Source: Geosiphon pyriformis uo1 (taxonomy: Eukaryota > Fungi > Glomeromycota). From it: 18,426 nucleotides of DNA. This document shows, in pieces, positions 1-9,890 of the stretch. Each line of letters starts with the position of its first letter. The first letter of the stretch is position 1. The notes under the pieces were generated by a model. It worked only from the letters and a program-made list of their open reading frames with translations. It was not told where the DNA came from and did no database searches. The stretch spans positions 1,025,807-1,044,232 of the forward strand of contig JAAOMT010000591.1 of the NCBI GenBank assembly GCA_016748015.1, in the 5' to 3' direction. Made by a program: the position numbers and the translations under genes.

Positions 1-2078
1 GGCCCAGTTGGACGTTGATCCAAGAGCCATGAATGTTTCGATTATTGGTTTTTCTTCTTCTGGTTCAAATTCAAAAGCTGGGGCTTTTTCAGAGCGTTTG
101 TTGAATGTACCACAAATTGCAGGTACTCGGGCATGTTGTCCTTGGTAGGAGATTGTTAACTCTTGTGTTTTCCAATTCAGATTAGCATTGGCTTTTTGAA
201 GCCAATCATTTCTGATGAGAGCTTGGTACTGGGGTGCGTCCATTACAAGAACTTTGACTGGAATGGTGATTCCATCAAGAGTAAATGGAAAATTGTCAAT
301 TTCTCCTACTGGTGTCTTTTTTATGCCATTGGCAGTGACGATTACTGTTTGAGCTGGTCGGTCAACATTTCTTTTCAACAGTTGCATTAACTGGTAGGTA
401 ATAATGCTTCCAGCAGATCCACTGTCTAGGATCAAGCAAATTGGCTTTCCTTCTACTTTAGCTTCTGCGTATATTGCAGTGATGGTTTTTTGCTCATTAG
501 CCGCTGCATTGCTAAGCAAGAATGGTGATTCATTTGCTTCAAATTCAAAAGGAAAGATATCAAAGAGATTGGCATTTTCAGCAATTCAAACTGGTGGAAT
601 AGTGGTGTAGTTATGAGAAGGGTTTCGTTGTTGTTGGGCTGCAGCTCTATCTTCTGAGGGTGCAGTATGGTGAAAATCCTGTTCTTCCGGCATTGTTAAA
701 TAACTGGGTTGAGTGTAGTAATGGTTGGATCTTGGTTGAGTGGTATTTCGGGGAACCAATTGGTTGTTTGAACTGATTCTACTGTTGTTTACTTGGTATC
801 GGTTTTGTGGTGTAAATTGATTTTGTGTAATCAGTCTTCGAGCAGGTACTTGATAATGTTGTGTGGGTGGTTGTTGGTATTGCTGTTGGATTGGTTGTGG
901 GGCGGGCTGATAATAGTTATTTTGGTATTGGGATCTTGGTGGATAGTAAGCTGGTNNNNNNNNNNNNNNNNNNNNNNNNNNNNNNNNNNNNNNNNNNNNN
1001 NNNNNNNNNNNNNNNNNNNNNNNNNNNNNNNNNNNNNNNNNNNNNNNNNNNNNNNNNNNNNNNNNNNNNNNNNNNNNNNNNNNNNNNNNNNNNNNNNNNN
1101 NNNNNNNNNNNNNNNNNNNNNNNNNNNNNNNNNNNNNNNNNNNNNNNNNNNNNNNNNNNNNNNNNNNNNNNNNNNNNNNNNNNNNNNNNNNNNNNNNNNN
1201 NNNNNNNNNNNNNNNNNNNNNNNNNNNNNNNNNNTGTTCCATCCATTTGCATCTCCAGCTTTAGTAACTTGGTCGAGTCATTCTTGGGGACTGGTCTCAA
1301 TATCTTCTCCATTGAATTCAGGGATTTTTGTGATGTATGTTGTCATTTCGTCTTCTTTGTTTTCACTGTCTATTGATTCTTCTTCAGTTATTTCAGAGTT
1401 GTTTTCTTCGTTTGCTGCTGTCTTAGAGTGTTCACTTTGATTTTCAGCTAGAAAATCAAGGAGATTGGAACTAGTTTGAAGGGGTTCTTGTTGTCTGGTG
1501 GGACTTCTGAGTAATGTAAAATCTTCTGGTCTTGCAAATCAATTCAAAGGTGAATTAGGTGTTTGTGCTTGTGCAAGGGAAGCTGGAAAAGGTGTAATAG
1601 TAAGTGGAAGTTTTGAGCTGGTTCCTTGTTCAGGTGTTTGTAAATGTTTGGCAGTTGTTTTCGATAGTGTTGGAGTATTTGGGGTGGTTCTTGAATATTG
1701 CTTTAATTTGTTTTTGCCTTTGTTACTTGTTTCTGTTTTCGATTCAAAATCAATAGTGTATTGAAACTGCACTGGATATGTTTCTTCACAGTATTTGATA
1801 ATGTTAAAATTAAGTTCATGAAAGTAAGTGGCAAGTATTTCACTATTAAGGTCTTCAGTTCCCAACTGTGAATAGTGTGCTAAATTATTGTAAAAGTTGC
1901 TTTTAACTTCTGAGATATTGTAATTTCCAAAAAGATAATTGTTGATGTGATTTTCAATGTATTGGTATACTGATTTCTTGACAACTTCAATTCCGTCTGG
2001 AATGTTGAATCTTTGCTTGCAGTGGGTGTAAATTGATTGGTAATATTCTAGAGTAGTTGCGTTTGGTGTGGTCACCAC
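1..2078 (-). pseudogene. gag-pol: gag-protease part of gag-pol polyprotein, copy A (in-frame stops, gap 956-1234)
   Basis: ORFs 1539..2078 and 586..1242, plus hand translation through stops: ...EDEMTTYITKIPEFNGEDIETSPQE*LDQVTKAGDANGW (capsid start), a Q/N-rich tract, then EAKVEGKPICLILDSGSAGSII (retropepsin). Confidence 0.88.
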
Positions 2079-2105
2079 TTTGAATTTGTTTTTGCTGTGT
2101 TATTT

Positions 2106-2121
2106 CCGTGGGAGAGCACCA
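2106..2121 (-). other. tRNA primer-binding site (PBS), copy A
   Basis: Minus strand TGGTGCTCTCCCACGG, 2 nt after the LTR-terminal CA. TGG is complementary to the tRNA CCA end. Confidence 0.85.
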
Positions 2122-2123
2122 AA

Positions 2124-3106
2124 TGTTACCAAAGGTTTTTGGTCTCTTTTCTGTAATGTTGTTGATACTTATTTGCTGTGAATTCACGTTTTCTGGATTT
2201 GGTTGAACCTCCAGTAACTGAATTTATCTTCAAATTATCTTCTATAATTTGAACTTGCTGGGCTTATGAGTGGAATGACCAATTCCGTGCCAGTTGCTTT
2301 ATGTAGTTATGTTGTAGTAAATGTCAACTCTTTCCCAGGAATTGCTCATCTGAAAGCTCACTAAAAAAATGTGTAGTTATTTTGCTGTGAAAGTCAACTC
2401 TTCTACAAGAATCTTGTCTGTAAGTTACCTTAATGATTATGATAAGAAAATAAAAGAAAATAAGAGAAATGTAAAAGAAATAGAATTTTATCAAGGGAAA
2501 TGTTTTCTATCCAGGCCTGGAGTCACTAACAGTTTACTGAAATTGGTAGCTAATCAATTTCAAAACGTTAGTTGGGTTTTGGGGATTTTCCAGGTGCAAT
2601 AATTTAACGAATTTGGTTTTTCGAATTATTTGATATTTATTTCTTTTTGTGTGTGTAGGAATAGTTCTAAGTGATAAATCTAAAGTAAGATACATTTTCT
2701 CGAAGAGAGAAGCTCTTCTTTTATACAACTTGTTGTAACACTATTCTATGAACTTGAACTTTGCTATTTTCTACAATTTCGCTGAACTAAAGATATATTT
2801 TGGCAAACTACAAGTTATTTCGGCGAACTATTAGATATTTCGGTGAACTATCAATTATTTTGGCAAATTTCTACAAATTTCGGTGAACTTCTGAATGTTA
2901 CATAGTTCGAGGTATTGCATGATTGATCATCGCAATTAGGTTACATTTGTGTTGTGTACAATTTGAGTTATTAATTAAATGATGATTTCGGACATTTTTT
3001 GCTAATGTAATAAGTAATCATTTGAAACAATAATATATGCTAATTAATGATAGGAATTATAAGATAATTTCATGCTAAATAATATCTCTAATTTCGTCTA
3101 GTAACA
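2124..3106 (-). repeat. 5' LTR of copy A (~983 bp)
   Basis: TG...CA termini with short terminal inverted repeats. Colinear with 7081-8063 and 16163-17141. Confidence 0.93.
2777..2889 (-). repeat. 20-bp-period tandem motif array (consensus AGTTCGCCGAAA + variable spacer) within LTR
   Basis: Six units visible on the + strand as TTTYGGYRAAYT-like motifs spaced 20-21 bp apart. Confidence 0.8.
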
Positions 3107-3218
3107 GCATGTGAATTTGGGAAACATGGTTTCTTTTATCACTGAGACAAAGTTGAGATCTTTTTCTGGGCCATGGGTAAAAGATAAATTTAATGGAGTG
3201 TGAATCTTTTCTTTAGGA

Positions 3219-4865
3219 TTGGATAAAAGTTTTATGGGTGCTGGAGTTGCAATTATTATGAACGTTTTTTTGGCTTGTCATGTATCTAAGGTGAAGGAGA
3301 TTCCTGGTCAGATTGTTTCTGTTTGGCTCTTGTTTAAGGGCAAGCTCTCAGTTACTGTTTTGGGGTTGTATGCTGGTGCCTCTTCTGGGGCTAGGTTTGG
3401 TCAGGCTTCTGAAGTTAACTCTCTCATTGTAAAGGCTGTCAACTCCAGCAATTTTGTTATTTTGGGTGGGGACTTTAATAAGAATGGATCTGGTAAAAGT
3501 GCTAATTTCAAGTTTTGTTTGAGTTTGGGTTTGGTCAATTCATTCATTGGTTATTATTTGGCTAATTTTCATATGTGGAGCAATTCGAGAGGGGTTGAGA
3601 AAACGATTAATTACATTTTTGTTAGTGGTAATTTATCTTCTGCTGTTGTTGGTCATCAAGTTGTCTCTGTTTCAGATTTCTTTAACACCGATCACAGGGC
3701 AGTTGTGGTTTCAGTCGGTTTGGGTGGGCTTCTGGATGTACAATTGAATAGTTTGCGCAAGCAGGCGAATAAAGATTGTTGGAAGTTTAAAATTAAGAAT
3801 GCTGACTGTGCTGGATGGGCTAAGTTTAAGGATTTCTCTTCGGCAAAACTCTTGTCTTTGGGTGAAGTGTTCTCTGGTGCTGAAATGTGTGGTAATATGG
3901 ATGCTATGTGGGCAGTTTTGGTGGGGGCTGTGGTAGATTCTACTGATGCGACATTTTTGAAGCATTGGTTTAGTGAATTCGAGTGTTCAAGAAACAAACA
4001 TTCTTCTAGGTTTTTTGGTCTGGAATTGTTGGTGGCCAAGATTGTCAAAAAATTTTGCTCGAATGACTTGCTGGGTACTAATTGTCTTGTGAGTAAATGG
4101 TTGACTCTGGATGATGCGAAGGCTCATGCTTTCAAGAACTTGGTTGGCTTGGGAGTTATATCTGATGTTGTTGTTAGGCATTTGTCATTGGTTCACAGAG
4201 ATTACAGGAGGTCGAAGATGTTTGAGTCGAGATTGGCTGAAGAAGCTTCGGTTAGGAAGGCAATTGAGAAGCGCATGGATAATTTCTGTTCAGATAAGGG
4301 TAGTATAATCAGGAATGTGTTGGAGAAGCCTTTTCGCAAGGTGGTGTTGGATCACTTGATAGTTGATGATGATCTGGTTTTATTGCCTAAAGAGGTGAAT
4401 TCAAGCATAGATAAGATAATAGAGGGGTGGATAAAGAAACGCTCTGTGCAGTCAGTACTTCCTGATCTTTGGGCTCGTCAGTACGTGCCTTTGGACTATG
4501 TTTGGGATGATGCATTTTCGGGTGTTATGAGTGCAATCAGTATGGACGAGTTACTTTCTGTTGTTGGTGGTCTGCCTGATGACAAGGCTGCTGGTTTGTC
4601 TGGTGTTCTTAATGAGTTGTGGAAACATGGTGGTAAGGTGGTTTTGGGGTGCCTGTTGGCGCTGTTTAATAAGTGTTTGTCTGTTGGTGTGGTGCCTGTT
4701 TTGTGGAAGAGGGCTTGGGTGTCAATGATTCCTAAGCCTTACAACTGGGATGGAATTTTTACAAACACTCGGCCCATTGCTTTGATTGAGACTGCCAGGA
4801 AGATTCTTTCCAAGGTTCTGTCTAATTGTATTTCAATGGCTTGTAGCAAGTTCAATGTTCTTTGA
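3219..4865 (+). pseudogene. LINE ORF2 segment: APE endonuclease C-terminal part, linker and RT N-terminus
   Basis: GDFN and TDH endonuclease motifs, KAAGLSG (RT domain 0-like), RPIALIETARKILSK. Confidence 0.88.
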
Positions 4866-5747
4866 GGTGACAATTTTTCAGTGCTGAAGGGTACGTCCAC
4901 ACAATTTCCAGTGTTTGCTGTCAGTTCAGTGATTGAGGATGCTATTGAGAAGGATAGGGAGTTATGGTTGGTCTTGGAAAATATGCAGAAAGCTTACAAT
5001 TCAGTTGGGTGGCATCATTTAAGGGCTAGTTTGCAGCGTGTCAAGATGTGTGAAAGGTTCATAAGGTTTTTTGGTGGTATTCATAAGGATAGAGTTAATA
5101 GGGTAATGACTGACTTTGGTTTGTCTGGTAGTTATAAGGTGCATGATGGGCTGGATCAGGGTGAGGTTTTTTTGCCGCTTCTATGGAGAATTTTTTATGA
5201 TCCACTTTTGTATGAGGTTAAGAGACATGAACAATTGTGTGAGTACTGGATTAATACTAAGTTTGTTTCAAAGTCTGGCAGAATTGAGAGCAGTGGTGGT
5301 TTAACATCGTATTTTTTGGCTGGTGTATTTGTTGATGATACAATCTGAGTTGGGAATTATCAGGCTTCTACTCAATATGCTCTGAACATTGCCAGTGAAT
5401 TTTTTGTGATCAATGATATTTTTATCAACAGTGAGAAGACGGTAGCTATTTCTATCAATCAAGATGTTAAAGTTGCTTTACTGAGCATTTGTGGTCAGCC
5501 GATTTCTATTGCCAAAAAAAGGGAAGCACATTGGTATCTAGGTATTTTTCTGTCAACCAAGAGGCTCTCCAAGCCAAGTGTTGCCAAGGCTCATATGGAC
5601 GTGTGTTTTTTCATCAATGTTGTGCTTAGGAAAGCTATTACAGACAAACAGTTCTCCTATCTGGTGTCAGCTGTTTTGCAGCCTATTGTTAGCTATTGTA
5701 TTTAGTTCAGTTTTGTCTCTTCTAATGTTTGTTACAAGTGAGATGTC
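4866..5747 (+). pseudogene. LINE ORF2 segment: RT core
   Basis: KAYNSVGW, GLDQGEV..PLLW, FVDD, YLGI, interrupted by TGA/TAG stops in the same frame. Confidence 0.88.
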
Positions 5748-7067
5748 TTGATTAGAAAGGGTCTTAGGTCTAAGACTTGTCTCCCCCGTGATTTTCCTGA
5801 CACTGCTTTGCATCATCTCTCATTATATGGCCTGAAGTCTTTTGAGCAGGTGCAATCAAAGGGGAAGATTGCTGTTCTGATAATGTTTTCTAATGCCTTC
5901 AGTATTCTTGGGCATTTGTTTAAACATAGGTTTTTGGATCTGCAGGTTCTTGGTTGGGCTCCTTTGGATTCTTTGCAGTTTCTGGTCAGGTTGCGTGTTA
6001 GTCCAGTGAACAATTTTTTGGCTGGGATGGTGAAGATTTTGTTGGGCAATGAGCTTTCTTTGGTGAACAACCTCCCCACTGCATTTTGTAGTCCTGGTCA
6101 TTTTTTGTTGTCCTCTATTCTTAGAAAATCTCTGTATTTTGACTTGGTCAAATCTCTTAAACACTTTGGTGTCACTTTTGGTGATCAGCTTTTTGATAAA
6201 AAAGGTGTTTTGTTGGATTGGAAAACTTTTTGTTATTGGAAGAAACTGGACTCGTGTGGCTCTGTGCCTCATTGGTTCTTGGTTTCTTCTGAGTTTTTGA
6301 GGAATCAGAGTTGTTCATTTTCTGGTTCTATTGGCTCTGCGAAAAAGCTTGGTTTGGACATTTTGGAGTCTGGGGAATTTTCTGCAGTAAAAGATGGATT
6401 GCATGACATTTGGTTAGGCTTTTTTGAAGTTTTTACAGATGGGTCTTTGAAGAATGCAGGCTCTGCTGAGGTCATCTGTGGTGCTGCTGCATACTTTCCG
6501 GTCTTGGATAAGAGCATTGGTATTGCTGTTAGTGGCCTTTTGTTGTCTACTATAGCTGAATTGCAGGCTGTCACTTTGGCTTTAGAGTGTGTTCCTTCTT
6601 CAAGTACTGTGGTGTTACATCTTGACAGCCAGACTGCTATTGACGTATGTGTGTCTGAGATGTCTTTGGTCGCCCCTGATTTCTGTAATCAATGCTGGTT
6701 AAAAAGGTGTCATATTTTCAATTTGGTCAGGGATAAGGATCTTAGTGTGAGTTGGGTTAAGGTAAAAGGCCACTCTGGGATTCATGGTAATGTGGAAGCT
6801 GACTTGGCTGCTGGGGCTGTCTCTGGATCTCCCTTTTCCCTTTGTTCCAATGTGCATGAACATTTTTTGGTTGCTGAGGGTGTTGCTATTTCTGGTAATG
6901 CCCGTCATTTTGTCAGGAATATTTTTCGGTCTGTTTGTTGTGCTTGTTGGGAAGCTGGGCCTGGTTGTGATGTGGTTCTGGATGTGATGATTGGTTGCAT
7001 AAACTGGGTTGTCACGGCTAAGGTGTGGCATCCTGATTCTCATATGCTCACTGGGTTCATTAGCTGA
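5748..7067 (+). pseudogene. LINE ORF2 segment containing RNase H domain (~6425-6820)
   Basis: DEDD-type RNase HI motifs FTDGS / AELQA / LDSQ / GHSG..GNVEAD. Confidence 0.87.
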
Positions 7068-7298
7068 ATATCCTCAACGCTGTTACTAGACAAAATTAGA
7101 GATATTATTTAGCATGAAATTATCTTATAATTCCTATCATTAATTAGCATATATTATCGTTTCAAATGATTACTTATTACATTAGCAAAAAATGTTCAAA
7201 ATCATCATTTAATTAATAACTCAAATTGTACACAACACAAATGTAATCTAATTGCAATGATCAATCATGCAATACCCCGAACTATGTAACATTCAAAA

Positions 7299-7411
7299 AG
7301 TTTGCCGAAATTTGTAGAAATTCGCCAAAATAATTGATAGTTCACCGAAATATCTAATAGTTTGCCGAAATAACTTATAGTTTGCCGAAATATATCTTTA
7401 GTTCAGCAAAA
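7299..7411 (+). repeat. 20-bp-period motif array in LTR (putative U3 enhancer)
   Basis: tttgccgaaa/ttcgccaaaa/ttcaccgaaa/tttgccgaaa/tttgccgaaa/ttcagcaaaa at 7301, 7321, 7341, 7361, 7381, 7402. Confidence 0.82.
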
Positions 7412-7462
7412 TCGTAGAAAATAGCAAAGTTCGAGTTCATAGAATGGTGTTATGACAAGTTG

Positions 7463-7469
7463 TATAAAA
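7463..7469 (+). promoter_or_regulatory. Candidate LTR TATA box (TATAAAA)
   Basis: TGTATAAAAG is conserved in all four long LTR copies, ~50 bp downstream of the motif array. The AT-rich context lowers specificity. Confidence 0.4.
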
Positions 7470-8065
7470 GAAAAACTTCTCTCTTTGAGAAAATGTATCT
7501 TACTTTAGATTTATCTCTTAGAACCATTCCTACCCACACAAAAAGAAATAAATATCAAATAATTTGAAAAACCAAATTTTTTAATTATTGCACTTGAAAA
7601 ATTCCCAAAACCCAACTAACATTTCGAAATTGATTAGCTACCAATTTCAGTAAACTGTTAGTGACTTCAGGCCTGGATAGAAAACGTTTCCCTTGATAAA
7701 ATCCTATTTCTTTTATACTTCTTTTATTTTCTTTTCTTTTTTTATTACAATTATTAGGGTAGCCTACAGACAAGATTCCTGTAGAAGAGTTGACTTTCAC
7801 AGCAAAGTAACTACACATTTTTTTAGTGAGCTTCCAGACAAGCAATTCCTGGGAAAGAGTTGATGTTTACTACAATGTAACTACATAAAGCAACTGGCAC
7901 GGAACTGGCCATTCCATTCATAAGCCCAACAAGTTCAAATTATAGGAGATAATTTGAAGATAAATTCAGTTACTGGAGATTCAACCACATCCAGAAAACG
8001 TGAATTCACAGCAAATAAGTATTAACAACATTACAGAAAAGAGACCAAAAACCTTTGGTAACATT

Positions 8066-8081
8066 TGGTGCTCTCCCATGG
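8066..8081 (+). other. PBS, copy B
   Basis: TGGTGCTCTCCCATGG, 2 nt after the LTR end. Confidence 0.85.
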
Positions 8082-8108
8082 AAATAACACAGCAAAAACA
8101 AATTCAAA

Positions 8109-8619
8109 GTGGTGACCACACCAGACGCAACTACTCTAGAATATTACCAATCAATTTACACCTATTGTAAGCAAAGATTCAACATTCCAGACAGAATTGA
8201 AGTTGTCAAGAAATTAGTATACCAATACATTGAAAATCACATCAACAATTATCTTTTTGGAAATTACAATATCTTAAAAGTTAAAAGCAACCTTTACAAT
8301 AATTTAGCACACTATTCACAGTTGGGAACTAAAGACCTTAATAGTGAAACACTTGCCACTTACTTTCATGAACTTAATTTTAACATTATCAAATACTGTG
8401 AAGAAACATATCTAGTGCAGTCTCAATACACTATTGATTTTGAATCGGAAACAGAAACAAGCAACAAAGGCAAAAACAAATTAAAGCAATATTCAAGAAT
8501 CACCCCAAATACTCCAACACTACCGAAAACAACTGCCAAACATTTACAAACACCTGAACAAGGAACCAGCTCAAAACTTCCACTTACTATTACACCTTTT
8601 CCAGCTTCCCTTGCACAAG
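8109..8619 (+). pseudogene. gag-frame N-terminal extension, copy B (partial)
   Basis: VVTTPDATTLEYYQSIY...PFPASLAQ, homologous to copies A and C. No in-frame ATG. Confidence 0.7.
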
Positions 8620-8639
8620 NNNNNNNNNNNNNNNNNNNN

Positions 8640-8819
8640 CATAAAGCAACTGGCATGGAATTGGCCATTCCACTCATAAGCCCAGCAAGTTCAAATTATA
8701 GGAGATAATTTGAAGATAAATTCAGTTACTGGAGGTTCAACCACATCCAGAAAACGTGAATTCACAGCAAATAAGTATTAACAACATTACAGAAAAGAGA
8801 CCAAAAACCTCCGGTAACA
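8640..8819 (+). repeat. 3' part of 5' LTR, copy C
   Basis: Matches ~7884-8063 with several substitutions. Ends CCGGTAACA and is followed by PBS TGGTGCTCTCCC at 8822. Confidence 0.88.
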
Positions 8820-9182
8820 TTTGGTGCTCTCCCATAGAAATAACACAGCAAAAACAAATTCAAAGTGGCGACCACACCAGACACAACAACTCTAGAGTAT
8901 TACCAATCAATTTACATCCACTGCAAGCAAAGATTCAACATTCCAGACGGAATTGAAATTGTCAAGAAATCAGTATACCAATACATTGAAAACTGCATCA
9001 ACAATTATCTTTTTGGAAATTACAATATCTCAGAAGTCAGAAACAACCTTTCCAATAATTTAGTATACTATTCACAGTTGGGAACTGAAGACCTTAATAG
9101 TGAAACACTTGTCACTTACTTTCATGAACTTAATTTTAACATTATCAAATACTGTGAAGAAANNNNNNNNNNNNNNNNNNNN

Positions 9183-9890
9183 GAGACCAGTCTCCAAGAA
9201 TGGCTTGACCAAGTTACTAAAGCTGGAGATGCAAATGGATGGAATGCTGCCAGAATGTTAAGAACAATTCCCTACTTTCTCAAAAGAACAGCAGGAGAAT
9301 GGTTTGAAAACCTTGCTGCCCCATTCAATGATTGGAATGCTTTCAAAGCAGCCTTCTTTGAACAGTTCACCGACAATAATACCTCTATCACTCTTCACAA
9401 TTGTTTTCGAAATATCAAACAAGAACCCTCCGAATCTGTTATGACTTATATTGGGAAATTCAACAAACTTTTCAGATGGATTTGCCAACTCAAGGCAAAT
9501 GATTATTATTCCGATGCTCAAATCTTGGATCAATTTATTGCTGGTTTAAAAGATAAACTAATTAAAAAGGTTCGCCCACATGCGCCAGAAGATTTAAACT
9601 CTGCAATACAGCATGTGAAAAGATATAAAATGGCCATAGAAGAAGCCAATCATACAAAACTTGTAAATTTGGCAATTGGAGAAACCAGCTCAGCAGCTGA
9701 GGAAAAAATTGACCAACTCACAAAGAAGGTCGAAAACTATTTTACCAACCAACAACAACAACCCCAAAGATATCAACCACTCCAAAGACGAAATCAAAAT
9801 AACTTTGCACCACTTTCCAATAACCAGCCCCAAAATTGCCATTACTGTAGAATCTCTGGCCACTGGAAAAGAGATTGCAGAAAGCTGTAA
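9183..9890 (+). pseudogene. gag: Gag capsid (retrotransposon gag domain) and CCHC zinc knuckle
   Basis: AGEWFENL..FNDWNAFKAAFFEQF, IKQEPSESVMTYIGKF (MHR-like Q..ESV..Y..F), QFIAGL, and CHYCRISGHWKRDC at ~9837-9878. Confidence 0.9.

Larger units (their letters stand above)
1..3106 (-). mobile_element. Ty3/gypsy LTR retrotransposon copy A (5' part: LTR, PBS, gag, protease; runs off window start)
   Basis: Reverse complement matches the + strand copies at 7081-8619 and 8865-~10910. On the minus strand the LTR starts TGTTACTAGA at 3106 and ends GGTAACA at 2124, followed by a PBS, gag and the LILDSGS protease motif. Confidence 0.93.
3107..7080 (+). mobile_element. Decayed LINE (non-LTR retrotransposon) ORF2 fragment: APE endonuclease - reverse transcriptase - RNase H, truncated at both ends by LTR insertions
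   Basis: ORFs 3219..4865, 4881..5348, 5406..5705 and 5748..7067 are all in one frame. APE motifs: ITETKL, GGDFN, TINYIF(=IDYIF), TDH. LINE RT motifs: RPIALIE, KAYNSV(=KAYDSV), GLDQGEV, FVDD. RNase H motifs: FTDGSL, AELQAV, LDSQ, KVKGHSGIHGNVEAD. Confidence 0.92.
7081..8063 (+). repeat. 5' LTR of copy B (~983 bp)
   Basis: TGTTACTAGA ... TTTGGTAACA, immediately followed by TT and the PBS. Confidence 0.93.
7081..8619 (+). mobile_element. Ty3/gypsy copy B (5' LTR, PBS, gag N-terminal extension; ends at gap)
   Basis: LTR 7081-8063, PBS at 8066, ORF from 8109 nearly identical to copy A 2078-1570. Confidence 0.9.

Noticed and set aside
2369-2602. Recurrent short antisense LTR ORF (MCSYFAVKVNSS...; also 7585-7845 and 16710-16898)
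   Set aside because: It recurs only because the LTR is repeated. Length and start vary, it crosses a low-complexity T tract, and it has no recognisable motifs.
3547-7043. Numerous short alternative-frame and antisense ORFs over the LINE
   Set aside because: Shadow ORFs caused by the compositional skew of the real ORF2 frame.
7299-7411. CRISPR-like repeat-spacer array
   Set aside because: The repeats are only ~12 bp with 8-10-bp spacers, the spacers are the same in each LTR copy, there are no cas genes, and the context is a eukaryotic retrotransposon.
2124-8063. DIRS-like or DNA-transposon element with long terminal inverted repeats enclosing an RT
   Set aside because: Each inverted arm is an ordinary gypsy LTR with its own outward PBS and gag. 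The enclosed RT is a both-end-truncated LINE ORF2, with no tyrosine recombinase or transposase.
8756-8956. 66-aa ORF MNSQQISINNITEKRPK... spanning the LTR end and PBS (also 1987-2187 and 18204-18404)
   Set aside because: It starts at GTG, is short, and overlaps cis elements and the gag frame. There is no independent evidence of coding.
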